A stretch of DNA of 44,568 bases from the NCBI GenBank assembly GCA_035285545.1, contig JAYKGY010000126.1, positions 1 to 44,568 on the forward strand. Reading direction: 5' to 3'. Source of the stretch: Snowella sp. Its GTDB lineage: Bacteria; Cyanobacteriota; Cyanobacteriia; Cyanobacteriales; Microcystaceae. Below are positions 29,205-38,881 of this stretch, piece after piece. A program made the position numbers and the translations under genes. How positions within the stretch are numbered: the stretch's first letter is position 1; each line of letters opens with the position of its first letter. The notes under the pieces were generated by a model that worked only from the letters and a program-made list of their open reading frames with translations, was not told where the DNA came from and did not search any database.

Positions 29205-29256
29205 TTTTCAGTAAAGGATATATTAGGAAAGCTTATTAAAATGATTGTCTAAAAAA

Positions 29257-29544
29257 TTAGGCAACAGATAAACACTTAACCTCAATATTTCCTATTGTTT
29301 TTTCAGCTTGCCAGAGATCGTATTGCATTTGTTGATTTAGCCAACTTTCGGGAGAAGTTCCAAATGCTTTTCCCAATCGAATAGCCAATTCAGGAGTGAT
29401 ACTTGCTCTGCCGTTCAAAATTGCAGATAGGTTTTGATCACTAACTCCTAATGCTTCGGCAAACTCTATCACGGTCATATTGAGAGGTTCGAGACAAAGT
29501 TCTTTAATAACTTCACCTGGATGGGGGGGATTGTGCATTCTCAT
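29257..29544 (-). CDS. higA: HigA family antitoxin (HTH)
   Basis: [43 protein letters not shown]. The start overlaps the higB stop (TAATG). Confidence 0.93.
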   Translation of the reverse strand: MRMHNPPHPGEVIKELCLEPLNMTVIEFAEALGVSDQNLSAILNGRASITPELAIRLGKAFGTSPESWLNQQMQYDLWQAEKTIGNIEVKCLSVA

Positions 29545-29822
29545 TAGTGGTAGTCCTCAAGATTAACGTCATAAGCATCAACGCTCTCAAACCTGAATGT
29601 AATTCGCCAGTTTCCAGATACTTTCACTGACCAAGTTCCTTGGCGTTGTCCTGTCAATTCGTGTAAGGCTAGTCCAGGTAAATTCATATCTTGCGGTGAA
29701 GTCGCTGCATTGAGACGGGATAGAATCATCCGAATACGATTTGCCTGGGTCGATTGAATCCCTCGAAGTGTTCCTGATTCAAAGAATTTTTCTAAACCTC
29801 GATGTTTAAAACTAACTATCAT
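29544..29822 (-). CDS. higB: HigB family (RelE-type) toxin
   Basis: MI.SFKHRGL..FF..G...GI, LH.L.G...[14 protein letters not shown] and DYH terminus. Confidence 0.93.
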   Translation of the reverse strand: MIVSFKHRGLEKFFESGTLRGIQSTQANRIRMILSRLNAATSPQDMNLPGLALHELTGQRQGTWSVKVSGNWRITFRFESVDAYDVNLEDYH

Positions 29823-29943
29823 TTACTGATTATAATCTCTCAGGGAAGGAGAAAGAATCCGAGTCATACTGCTATTCGTGTTTTTGAGACAAAATGTTTT
29901 TTAGGCTTCCTACACCTAATTTTGTCGATAGTATAGAAGAAAA

Positions 29944-30864
29944 TCAAGCTTTTCCAAAAAATAAAACCCCAATTCCCATCAATGCGATTAAAACCCCTAA
30001 AACGGCTCGAATGCTGATTTTTTCCCCTAGCCAAAAAGCAATGGGCAAAACAAACAGGGGGCTGGTACTGGTTAACGTTTGGGCAATGCCAACAGGGGAA
30101 AATTTAAAGGCAGTTTGTTGTAACCAAATGCCTAAATAGGTACTACCAAAGGCAGTTAGGGTAATAATTCCCATCGATTTGGCTGATTGAAAAACCTGAA
30201 ATTGTCGGGTAATGCTTTTCTTTTCAGAATTGGGAAAACATAATAATAAAAATACGATGAAGGTTCCTGCTATTAACCGCAAGAGAGTACTCCATAGTGG
30301 GGTTATGTCTGATGACGCTAAAGCATAGTGGGATAAAACGGCTCCGGTTGCTTGCGCGATCGCGGCGAGTAATGCCCAAACAATGCCTTTTATCGGATGG
30401 GGGTTAGTCGAAACAGAATACGGCGATCGCTCGACAATCACCCAACAAACCCCAAAAAGGGTTAACGCCATTCCCAACCAGGCATTTAATCCTAATCTTT
30501 CCCCGACGAAAATTAAAGCAATCAAAGCCGATAAGGGAGGAGCTAACATTTCCAGTAACAAGGTTCGTCTGGCTCCCAATTGATTCAGAGCAGAAAAGTA
30601 AGCCGTATCGCCTAAACCAATGCCAATAACTCCGCTTAAGAGTAGGAAGCTAAGGGGTAATAAGCCAATCGTAGGGAAAGCTTGACCTTGAATAAATAGG
30701 GTAAAAATCAGTAGCCCAATGGCAATTAATCCCTTAGAAAAATTCAATTGTAAGGGGGGAATGCGTTGCCCTAGCGCAGCATAAATGATTGAGGAGACTG
30801 CCCAAAGAAAAGCCGCAGTTAAGGCCGCAATTTCTCCTTTCAAGGGATTAATAAAATCGTACAT
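29944..30864 (-). CDS. DMT/EamA family transporter
   Basis: About 10 hydrophobic segments in two repeats, with GE.AAL.AA.LWA, SGVIGIGLGD..YF and TL.STSPLF.LP...GEK. Confidence 0.9.
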   Translation of the reverse strand: MYDFINPLKGEIAALTAAFLWAVSSIIYAALGQRIPPLQLNFSKGLIAIGLLIFTLFIQGQAFPTIGLLPLSFLLLSGVIGIGLGDTAYFSALNQLGARRTLLLEMLAPPLSALIALIFVGERLGLNAWLGMALTLFGVCWVIVERSPYSVSTNPHPIKGIVWALLAAIAQATGAVLSHYALASSDITPLWSTLLRLIAGTFIVFLLLCFPNSEKKSITRQFQVFQSAKSMGIITLTAFGSTYLGIWLQQTAFKFSPVGIAQTLTSTSPLFVLPIAFWLGEKISIRAVLGVLIALMGIGVLFFGKA

Positions 30865-30985
30865 TTATAAAGATAATACTTAAAATAATCCAATTAAATT
30901 ATTAACAAAAGATTATTATTTGAGCTTAAAACTATATTTTTAGTTTAAACTAAAATTTATTAGGCTATATCATACCTTAATTCTC

Positions 30986-31384
30986 ATGGTAGGGGAAACA
31001 AATCTAGATACTTTATTAAAATCAATGAGTCCCATTCTTCACCCCGAAGAATATGTTTTTTGTACGATTAACCATAATGATACTAACTATTTACCTTTAG
31101 ATCCAGTTTGTATCTTTAAAGAAGACGAAGGATTAACCTTAATTCTGGAACGGGAAAAAGCCGATGTGAATAATTTCTCTTACTCATCTGTGTTTTGTAT
31201 GATTACGCTTTCTGTACATTCTAGTTTAGAAGCTGTTGGCTTTTTAGCGGCTATTACTAGCAAACTGGCGGATTTTGGTATTAGTGTAAATCCTGTTTCT
31301 GCTTATTATCATGATCATTTATTTATTCCAACTTCACAAGCTAATCTTACAATGAAATTACTTACAACTTTTAACCAAAAATGA
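30986..31384 (+). CDS. ACT-domain protein (DUF2241-like)
   Basis: GETNL..LL.SM.P.L....YVFC, F.E.EG.TLI, ITL.VHSSLEAVGFLAAI...LA..GIS.N.VSAYYHDHLF. Confidence 0.88.
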   Translation: MVGETNLDTLLKSMSPILHPEEYVFCTINHNDTNYLPLDPVCIFKEDEGLTLILEREKADVNNFSYSSVFCMITLSVHSSLEAVGFLAAITSKLADFGISVNPVSAYYHDHLFIPTSQANLTMKLLTTFNQK

Positions 31385-31514
31385 ATTTTTTAAATAATCA
31401 TTTATAGCTTATTAGAAAAGAGAAACGATAAATGACGGTTTTAGATCCACTTTTTTTAAATCACAAAATTATGAATTTATCGCGCGATCGCGTTATTCTG
31501 TGGATAGGATTAGG

Positions 31515-31556
31515 GAAAATCAAATTTTTCCAAAAAATAAAAACCCAATTCCCATC
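31515..31556 (-). repeat. Second copy of the 3' end of the DMT gene (42-bp direct repeat of 29939-29980)
   Basis: 39 of 42 bases identical. Encodes MGIGFLFFGKI* versus MGIGVLFFGKA* in the intact gene. Confidence 0.85.
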
Positions 31557-32120
31557 CCAGCAAGGAAATAACAAGGGTTTCTCAAGAAGAGAGCATCATT
31601 TTTGTATCCAATGTCAGTTTTTATGATTGCAAGCTAAACACCTTTTCTCGCTTCTGCATTTATCTTGAAACTTCTTCGATTGTAGTTCATTCGCACTAGT
31701 GCAAAAATGAGCAACTTACCCAGATTTTTGGGTTAACCCTTGTCTCATCACACTTTTACCTATTGGTGTTTGTCAGTCAGGCTTTATCCTCTTTCATTTC
31801 AATTTTTGTCAATTAATCAGGAAAAATATTTAATTTGATAGATAGATTTTAAGAAGTAAAATGATAAAAATTCAGTGCTTATAAACGCTAGCAAAAAATC
31901 AATTGTCTTCTTTTTTATTGAAATCTTAAAAAGATAAATAATCGTTACAATCTCAATCAAATTAATCATTTTGAGCAGTCGATTCTCAAAAAATATGTCA
32001 AGATGACAAACAATATGCATTAAAGTGCAAAGCAAAAGTTACATAATAAACAAAAAACACACTTTACTTAATCTTTTGGATTTTAAACCAGTAATTTTTC
32101 ATAAAAAGGAGTAAATAAAA

Positions 32121-32777
32121 ATGGGATTTGCAGATAATCGTCCAATGGATTATGGTATGGATCGGCCAACGACTCCTGTTGCAGTCACCAGCTACCATGA
32201 TCGCGTTCGTTGGGGGCCTATCTTTGCCGGTTTAGTGATTGCGCTGAGTACTCAGTTAATTTTGAGTGCTTTAGGTGCTTCAATTGGTCTCACGAATATT
32301 GCAGGTTCAGGTGCTCCTCGCTCTAATATTGGCGGAGTTGCTTCAGCCGTGGGGATTTGGTCAATTATTAGCTTATTGATTTCGTTATTTTTGGGAGGAT
32401 GGGTAACCAGTAGAACCTCTGGCCCCATAAACAAAAGTACTGCTTTATTAAATGGTGCGGTTTTATGGGCGACCACGCTAGCGATCAGTGCCTGGTTACT
32501 GTCGAGTGGTGTATCAGGGGCTTTTGGGATCGTTGCTTCTAATGCAGGAGAATTTGTGGATCAAACAGGGATGGCTGTTCCTAATCCGAATCGAGTACAA
32601 CAAGAGGCCGTCAGGGCACCTAATATTACCGCCCAGCAAACCCGTGAAATTGCGGCCAATGCTGCGACAGGGGGTTGGGCTTTTACCATTGGTTCTTTGA
32701 TTGGTTTAATTGCAGCTTTAATCGGTTCTTCCGTTGGTGTTCGTCCTACGCGATCGCTGACGGGTGTTCAAGAATAA
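32121..32777 (+). CDS. Conserved membrane protein of unknown function (about 4 TM)
   Basis: Strong RBS (AGGAG) upstream. DRVRWGPIFAGLVIAL, GIWSIISLLISLFLGGW and NGAVLWA are typical of a widespread uncharacterised family. Confidence 0.8.
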   Translation: MGFADNRPMDYGMDRPTTPVAVTSYHDRVRWGPIFAGLVIALSTQLILSALGASIGLTNIAGSGAPRSNIGGVASAVGIWSIISLLISLFLGGWVTSRTSGPINKSTALLNGAVLWATTLAISAWLLSSGVSGAFGIVASNAGEFVDQTGMAVPNPNRVQQEAVRAPNITAQQTREIAANAATGGWAFTIGSLIGLIAALIGSSVGVRPTRSLTGVQE

Positions 32778-32798
32778 TTTTTAATTTCCATACAATAG

Positions 32799-32846
32799 CA
32801 ATAAGATCTAAGATTGGGATTTTATGCCTAGTTTTGGGTCTTATTG
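32799..32846 (+). terminator. 20-bp stem-loop in the 3' region of the 32121 gene (terminator or stabiliser)
   Basis: CAATAAGATCTAAGATTGGG pairs with CCTAGTTTTGGGTCTTATTG (15 Watson-Crick + 5 G-U pairs on + strand RNA), between convergent genes. Confidence 0.6.
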
Positions 32847-32982
32847 GTTGTGTAACCCCAAGGAAGCCATAGGATACATATCGTTATTCAAACTAAGCTG
32901 GGTAATCATCACCAGTGTAAAAGATGGCGATAAAAACATTATCTGATTTCATTTTTATGGAGCATCATTTATTTGAGGATTT

Positions 32983-33846
32983 TTAGGGATTGCAATAGGA
33001 ACAGTAAGTCGGATCAGCCGCTTTAATGCCAGTCGGGAATCGTTGCTCTTGTTGAAAATGACAACGATGACATTGATAGACTTCTGCCAAAATTAACGAA
33101 GTTGGCGCATTACACCACGAGCAAGGTAATCCGGATCTTTTTTCAGTGACATCAAATCCAGGAATGTTACATTGTGGACAATATTGACGGAGTTTTTGAA
33201 TTAAATTTTGGGTTGCTTTTTCAATCACTTTCATGCGAGTTGGGTTACACATGGCCCGCATATCGGTTTCTAAATGGGCTGTTTTAGTAAGAGATTCTTG
33301 TAAAACGAACTGAACGGTTTTGATGAATTCTTCTTGAGATTGAATTCCTTTAAAAATTTGTTCGGGATGCTGTGTATCCGGATCAAACATTGCTACTAAA
33401 CCATGTTCGGGAAACCCTATCTTTTCGGCAAATACTAATGCTTCTTCAATTGTTTTAACGGTTTGATGATAATGGTTCGTTTCAGTTGATAACTCTTCTC
33501 CGTAAATCACCAAATCATGCTTTTTATCCAGTAATAAAACAATTTCCCGATTTGCAGAAATAAACGGAAAAGCCGGATGGGGGGCAAAACTCCCTTCACT
33601 AGCGATCGCTAAAGACTCCCCTGTTTGTTCTAGAATCGCTTCTGCCTTGAATCGAGCTGCTTCGATCTGAGTGCCTCGACGTTTAATGTCACGGGTAAAT
33701 GTCCCAAACTGATCCGTATCAAAATCTGGGGGAACAATGACATTTAGGTTAAAAGCCTCAGTTAATAGGGGAGCAATTACTTGTTCCTTTTGATGTTTGG
33801 TCGCGATAACAATAGTTCTGTTTTGAAACCAGGGAGAATCCGTCAT
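32983..33846 (-). CDS. DUF6671-like protein with C-terminal Cys-rich region
   Basis: ATKHQKE.VIAP, DTDQFGTFT, ASEGSF.PHP, ETDMRA..NPTRM, four CxxC pairs and a terminal C..CNP. Confidence 0.8.
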   Translation of the reverse strand: MTDSPWFQNRTIVIATKHQKEQVIAPLLTEAFNLNVIVPPDFDTDQFGTFTRDIKRRGTQIEAARFKAEAILEQTGESLAIASEGSFAPHPAFPFISANREIVLLLDKKHDLVIYGEELSTETNHYHQTVKTIEEALVFAEKIGFPEHGLVAMFDPDTQHPEQIFKGIQSQEEFIKTVQFVLQESLTKTAHLETDMRAMCNPTRMKVIEKATQNLIQKLRQYCPQCNIPGFDVTEKRSGLPCSWCNAPTSLILAEVYQCHRCHFQQEQRFPTGIKAADPTYCSYCNP

Positions 33847-33925
33847 TATTAATTACTCTAATGATTACCCTACAGTTTGGTCATTTTAACTTAAGTTACG
33901 GCGATCGCGCTTGATCTCCTATTTT

Positions 33926-35398
33926 CTAAAGCGAGCCAAACCCTTTTTTCTTTTTCTCCTTTTTCTTCTTCACTTTGCCGCCACCACCGGCATTGTAACC
34001 CCGAAAACCAGGCGGCATTTTATTTCCCATCCCAGGCATTCCGCCACCCATGCCAGGCATCCCCATTCCGGGCATTCCCATTCCGCCCATACCAGGGAAA
34101 TTCCCCCGTCCCATTTGCTGCATCATCCCTCGCATACGGGTAAAGTTAGTCACTAATTTAGAAACATCCGCTTCACTGTGGCCCGACCCACTAGCAATCC
34201 GACGACGGCGACCAGGAGATTTAGCCAAAAGATCCGGATTTTTCCGTTCCTCTACCGTCATAGAATTAATCATCGCTTCGGTGCGTTTCAGTTCCGTTTC
34301 GCCTTTTTCAATATCACTACTGCTCAGTTTATTCAATCCAGGAACCATTTTCAGTAAGCCGCCCAATGACCCCATATTTTTCATAAAGCGCATTTGCTTA
34401 AGAAAATCATCGAAGTCAAAACTGGCTTCCATGATCTTGGTCTGCATTTTTTCCACATCAGCAATATCAATGGCTTCTTGGGCTTTTTCGACCAGGGTTA
34501 AAACATCTCCCATGTTGAGAATACGGCTGGCCATGCGATCGGGATAAAAAGGTTGTAGCGCCTCGACCTTTTCCCCAACCCCAACAAATTTAATGGGTTG
34601 ACCCGATACCTGACGCACCGATAGGGCTGCCCCCCCCCTGGTATCCCCGTCTAATTTGGTTAAGATGGCTCCCGTAATGCCAATTTCATCTTGAAAAGTG
34701 CGGGTTAAATTAGCGGCTTCTTGCCCCGTCATGGCATCCACAACCAACAGGGTATCGTCGGGTTTTACGGTTTCCTTAATGCGAGCCAATTCGGCCATCA
34801 TTTCTGGATCAATCTGTAAACGCCCTGCTGTATCGATTAGAACCGTATCAACGCCTAATTCCTTCGCTTTTTCCACCCCTTGCCGGGCAATCTTAACCGG
34901 ATCGGTGTCGGTTCCCATCTCAAATACCGGCACATCAATTTGCTGCCCCAGGGTAATTAACTGATCAATTGCCGCAGGACGGTACACATCGGTGGCAACC
35001 ATCAGGGCAGTCCGTTTTTCTTTGCGGAGGTAAAGGGCTAATTTGGCCGTTGCGGTGGTTTTTCCTGTTCCCTGTAACCCTGCCATCAGGATTACGGTCG
35101 GTGCTTTCTCTGCTTGCGCCAGGGGAACGTTACTTTCCCCCATGACTTTGACTAATTCGTCATAAACAATTTTGATGAACTGCTGACCTGGGTTAACGCC
35201 TGAAATAACCTCTGCACCCAGGGCTTGCTTTTCGACCTCTGCAATAAAAGCTTTTACCACTTGCAAGTTAACATCCGCCGACAGTAAGGCACGACGGACT
35301 TCCTGTAGCGCATCTTGAATATTAGTAGCAGAGATTTTATCCTGACCTCGGAGTTTTTTCCAGGCATCCTCTAGGCGTTCAGCGAGAGCATCAAACAT
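33926..35398 (-). CDS. ffh: Signal recognition particle protein
   Basis: GLQGTGKTT, DTAGRLQ, DAMTGQ, TKLDGDTRGGAALS, RILNMGD, M domain and Gly/Met-rich tail. Confidence 0.99.
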   Translation of the reverse strand: MFDALAERLEDAWKKLRGQDKISATNIQDALQEVRRALLSADVNLQVVKAFIAEVEKQALGAEVISGVNPGQQFIKIVYDELVKVMGESNVPLAQAEKAPTVILMAGLQGTGKTTATAKLALYLRKEKRTALMVATDVYRPAAIDQLITLGQQIDVPVFEMGTDTDPVKIARQGVEKAKELGVDTVLIDTAGRLQIDPEMMAELARIKETVKPDDTLLVVDAMTGQEAANLTRTFQDEIGITGAILTKLDGDTRGGAALSVRQVSGQPIKFVGVGEKVEALQPFYPDRMASRILNMGDVLTLVEKAQEAIDIADVEKMQTKIMEASFDFDDFLKQMRFMKNMGSLGGLLKMVPGLNKLSSSDIEKGETELKRTEAMINSMTVEERKNPDLLAKSPGRRRRIASGSGHSEADVSKLVTNFTRMRGMMQQMGRGNFPGMGGMGMPGMGMPGMGGGMPGMGNKMPPGFRGYNAGGGGKVKKKKEKKKKGFGSL

Positions 35399-35610
35399 AA
35401 TCTTTCGGTTAAGGAATTTAAAGCAGCTTTAACTAGCATATCCTTAATGCTGATAGGGTGACAATTAGAAACGCCGAGAGCGCGATCGCGCTTCAATGAT
35501 TCAGTCCTAATTTATCCAGAATCAAGGGAAAGAATATCAGCCCCTTCATCAAGCTCATCAACTCAATTTTTTTGCGTCATGATACTCCGTCCTAAGGCGC
35601 AGTAGAGCGT

Positions 35611-36330
35611 TCATTTCACCAAAACACTAGGCTCTTTTTGAATTGGTAAAATATCGATCAGATCTAGTGTCGCGCAGTAACGTAAGTCTTCATCGCAGTT
35701 TAAGCGCAATAATCGCTGACCATGACTGGCTTTGTGGAACAATTCTAATAAATTATCTTGCCATTGTTGATAGAGCGCGATCGCCGCAAATACCTCATCA
35801 TTGCCAACCGTCACTTTGCCACTTTGTAATAGTAAATCCGCGATCGCCCCTGCACAGACCGTATCTTCTAGGGAATAACCGCCTTCCCAACCTGAGCCAA
35901 GTAGCCATACCGTTTCAGGTTGTTGATCTAAAAGATACTGAACCGCTGAGCGACGGTTGATCATCGCTGCTGTGATCACAGACTTGGCCAAGGCAACCCG
36001 TTGTAATGCTCTGGTTCCATTGGTGGTCGTTAAAAATAATCGTTTACCTGCCATCAGTTCGGGCGTACAGTCTAAGGGGGAATTCCCTAAATCACAGCCT
36101 TCGACTTTTGCACCTCCCCGTTCTCCTGCCCGTAACCGTTGGTCATTCGGCCATTGCTCACTGACCTCCATTAATTCATCCAAGGAGCTAAAGGTTTGGA
36201 CGGCCTCTGCACCTACCTTTAAAGCTGTCGCGATCGTACTGGTTGCCCGTAAAACATCAATAACCACTGCACAGTCAGGAAGGGTATGGGGGGGCGTTAG
36301 TTCAGGCGTATGATAGATGAATAGTTCCAC
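35611..36330 (-). CDS. comB: 2-phosphosulfolactate phosphatase family protein
   Basis: [34 protein letters not shown] and ASHG.RL. Confidence 0.92.
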   Translation of the reverse strand: MELFIYHTPELTPPHTLPDCAVVIDVLRATSTIATALKVGAEAVQTFSSLDELMEVSEQWPNDQRLRAGERGGAKVEGCDLGNSPLDCTPELMAGKRLFLTTTNGTRALQRVALAKSVITAAMINRRSAVQYLLDQQPETVWLLGSGWEGGYSLEDTVCAGAIADLLLQSGKVTVGNDEVFAAIALYQQWQDNLLELFHKASHGQRLLRLNCDEDLRYCATLDLIDILPIQKEPSVLVK

Positions 36331-36769
36331 TATGGTTAAGGCGTTAAATTCATTAAAAAAGTATCAATCGATTCTCTATCTTATCGGGCAATGGAATATT
36401 CGTAACAAATAAATTTAAAGTTTCAAAATGGCGGAATGCTTGCAATGACAGTTTTTACAGTCAAGTATTTATAAAGGGTTATCTTTCTTTCTCAAGACAG
36501 GATATTTTTTTCAGAAATAGATTAGGATAGGTTTTTTTTTTTGTTCAAACTTCAGTATCGCTAAGATGACGACGACTCAGGGCAATTGCGGAAAATGAAC
36601 CCAGACGTAATACAATAAACGAACTATTTTAGATTTTCTTAACAATTGTTGAATTGGATACATTTTTGTATATTTTTTGCCCTGTTCAGGAACTTCCTGC
36701 TCAGTAATTAGGATCTCTCTGTAAGTTAAGTGTATGCTATTGCATAAGTTTGGTGTGAGGAGTTGAGGA

Positions 36770-37582
36770 ATGAATTTGCGTCATAATGCCCTTGAGGTTC
36801 TTAAAGAAACCAGTCGGACATTTTACATCCCCATCAGTATTCTCCCGTCGGGATTACTGGAAGCAGTGGCTTCGGCTTATCTGTGTATGCGGGCCATTGA
36901 TGAGGTCGAAGATCACCCCGACTTGGATAGCATCACAAAAGCGAAGATTCTGCGTCGGATTAGTTTAAATTTACAAGCTGCAACGGAAAATTCGACGATT
37001 GAAGATTTTTCCCATGAATTATCCCTGTATCGTGGCGTTTTACCCGATGTAACCCTGCGGGTTGGCGAGTGGGCAATGTTATCTCCGACTTCGATCGCGC
37101 CCCGCATTTGGGATGCCACTGCCGCAATGGCCGATCGCATGGCCTATTGGTCAGAAAGTAATTGGAAAATTGAAACCGAAGCTGATTTAGATCAATATAC
37201 CTTTAGCGTTGCGGGAGCCGTCGGCTTACTCTTGTCCGACCTCTGGGCTTGGTATGATGGCACCCAAACCAATCGGAGTCATGCCATTGGCTTTGGTCGG
37301 GGTCTGCAATCCGTCAATATTATTCGCAATTATCGGGAAGATTTAAAACGCGGTGTTAGTTTCTTTCCCGAAGGATGGACGGTTAATGATATGCACCAAT
37401 ATGCCCGCCGCAATCTAAAACTCGCTGACCAATACACCAAATCCTTATCTGCTGGGCCTGCCTTAAATTTCTGCAAAATTCCCCTAACCCTTGCCTATGG
37501 AACCTTAGAGGTAATGGCTTTGGGCAAAGAAAAACTCAGCCGTAGCGATGTTTTAGCCCTAGTTAATCAAGCTACTCGTTAA
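36770..37582 (+). CDS. sqs: Squalene synthase (phytoene/squalene synthase family)
   Basis: TSRTFYIPI, AYLCMRAIDEVED, DLDQYTFSVAGAVG and GLQSVNIIRN. Closely resembles Synechocystis-type squalene synthase. Confidence 0.88.
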   Translation: MNLRHNALEVLKETSRTFYIPISILPSGLLEAVASAYLCMRAIDEVEDHPDLDSITKAKILRRISLNLQAATENSTIEDFSHELSLYRGVLPDVTLRVGEWAMLSPTSIAPRIWDATAAMADRMAYWSESNWKIETEADLDQYTFSVAGAVGLLLSDLWAWYDGTQTNRSHAIGFGRGLQSVNIIRNYREDLKRGVSFFPEGWTVNDMHQYARRNLKLADQYTKSLSAGPALNFCKIPLTLAYGTLEVMALGKEKLSRSDVLALVNQATR

Positions 37583-37633
37583 ACTTATTGTCTAAAAAAA
37601 TTGAGCGGTTAAAATTTTAAAATTTAGCTAATG

Positions 37634-37669
37634 TCAGGAAAGATTGGGAGAAAACGCCATTTTTCCTGA
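37634..37669 (+). terminator. Putative intrinsic terminator after sqs
   Basis: Imperfect hairpin TCAGGAAAGATTGG...CCATTTTTCCTGA followed by a T-rich tract. Confidence 0.45.
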
Positions 37670-37799
37670 ATATTTTGCTTTTTGTGGTCGGCTCAGTCCG
37701 TACTAAGATAATTGAGTTTGTGATTAAGTTCGGCGATCGCGGGTTTCCGCAAAATGCCCGTAAGATGTCATGGTCAGTTAATCGCTTAACCTTAATAAT

Positions 37800-37814
37800 T
37801 GAGAATAATTCTTA
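37800..37814. promoter_or_regulatory. Fur-box-like 7-1-7 palindrome upstream of the multicopper oxidase
   Basis: TGAGAAT-A-ATTCTTA in an AT-rich context about 60 bp before the ATG. Confidence 0.6.
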
Positions 37815-37873
37815 AAATAAATGCTGCATTTCCTTTAAACTGATAAGGAAAGGCCATTTGTGATCATTGTCCC

Positions 37874-38881
37874 ATGTCTATTGAACCTAAGAATTTGTGG
37901 TTATCCAATCGTCGCCAATTTCTTCAATGGGGGCTAGGAGTCGGCGCAGGGCTGGGGGCAGGGGTCGCAGCTTGGAATCTTTTAGAAAACTCCCGTTCTT
38001 CTCAATCCGTTGTACCTGACGAGATTCAAAGTAATTTATTAAAAAATTCAAAAGACTTACAGAATCCCCTTATTTTTCTGCGTAATTTTGATCACGGAAC
38101 CTTAAAACAAGAAAATGGGCGTACCATTCGAGAATTTCGTGTAGAAGCCCGCACGTCTCCCCTGCAACTGAATAAGGCAGTGTCCATGATGACGTGGAAT
38201 CTCAATGGTCAAGTGCCTGGGCCAACCTTTCGAGCCACAGAAGGCGATCGCATCCGCGTTATTTTTTCCAATCGAGCCGGCCATTCCCATTCCCTTCACT
38301 TTCATGGAGTACATCCGGCCGCGATGGATGGGATTAAACCCGTTCGCAATAATCAAGTTTTTATTTACGAATTTGACGCAGAACCCTATGGCGTGCATCT
38401 CTACCATTGTCATATTTCTCCCGTCACTCGTCATATTAGTAAGGGGCTGTACGGCATGTTTATTGTCGATCCGCCTCAACCCCGTCCCCAAGCTGATGAA
38501 ATGGTCATGATTATGGGGGGATATGACGTTAACGAAGACCGCAAAAACGAATTATTTGCCTTTAATGGTTTACCGAATTACTACAATGATAACCCCATTG
38601 CTATTAAGCAAAATCAATTAGTCCGCCTATATTTGCTGAATATGATTGAATATGACCCCACAGTGACTTTCCATATTCATGCGAATTTCTTTCAAGTTTA
38701 TCCAACAGGTATGGCTCAAAACCCATCTCAAACTACGGATGTTATTACGATGGGGACGGCGGAAAGACATATTTTGGAATTTAGTTACCGTGAGCCTGGA
38801 ATGTATATGTTTCATCCCCATCAAGATTGGATTGCCGAATCGGGTTGTATGGGAATGTTTAAAGTAGTTGAAAATGCTTAA
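37874..38881 (+). CDS. Tat-exported two-domain multicopper oxidase
   Basis: NRRQFL Tat signal, NGQVPGP, HSLHFHG, YHCH...H....L, then FHIH and FHPH in the second cupredoxin domain. Confidence 0.9.
   Translation: MSIEPKNLWLSNRRQFLQWGLGVGAGLGAGVAAWNLLENSRSSQSVVPDEIQSNLLKNSKDLQNPLIFLRNFDHGTLKQENGRTIREFRVEARTSPLQLNKAVSMMTWNLNGQVPGPTFRATEGDRIRVIFSNRAGHSHSLHFHGVHPAAMDGIKPVRNNQVFIYEFDAEPYGVHLYHCHISPVTRHISKGLYGMFIVDPPQPRPQADEMVMIMGGYDVNEDRKNELFAFNGLPNYYNDNPIAIKQNQLVRLYLLNMIEYDPTVTFHIHANFFQVYPTGMAQNPSQTTDVITMGTAERHILEFSYREPGMYMFHPHQDWIAESGCMGMFKVVENA

Noticed and set aside
29001..29256. Possible retron msr-msd ncRNA upstream of ptuA
   Set aside because: No flanking a1/a2 inverted repeats or long msd hairpin seen, no RT in the window, and part of the spacer is explained as a hicB remnant.
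31571..31743. 9-bp inverted repeat ACAAGGGTT/AACCCTTGT as MITE ends
   Set aside because: Too short, and no target-site duplication is evident.
31432..32035. Short ORFs 31432-31626 (+) and 31817-32035 (-)
   Set aside because: Low-complexity AT-rich translations with no recognisable motifs. The first merely spans the antisense of the DMT 3' duplicate.
34010..34100. Tandem GGCATxCCx repeats
   Set aside because: They encode the ordinary Gly-Met-Pro tail of Ffh and are not an independent repeat or CRISPR array.
36607..36620. GTA-N8-AAC NtcA-like site upstream of sqs
   Set aside because: It lacks the T/A flanks and a well-spaced TAN3T, so it is likely a chance match in AT-rich DNA.
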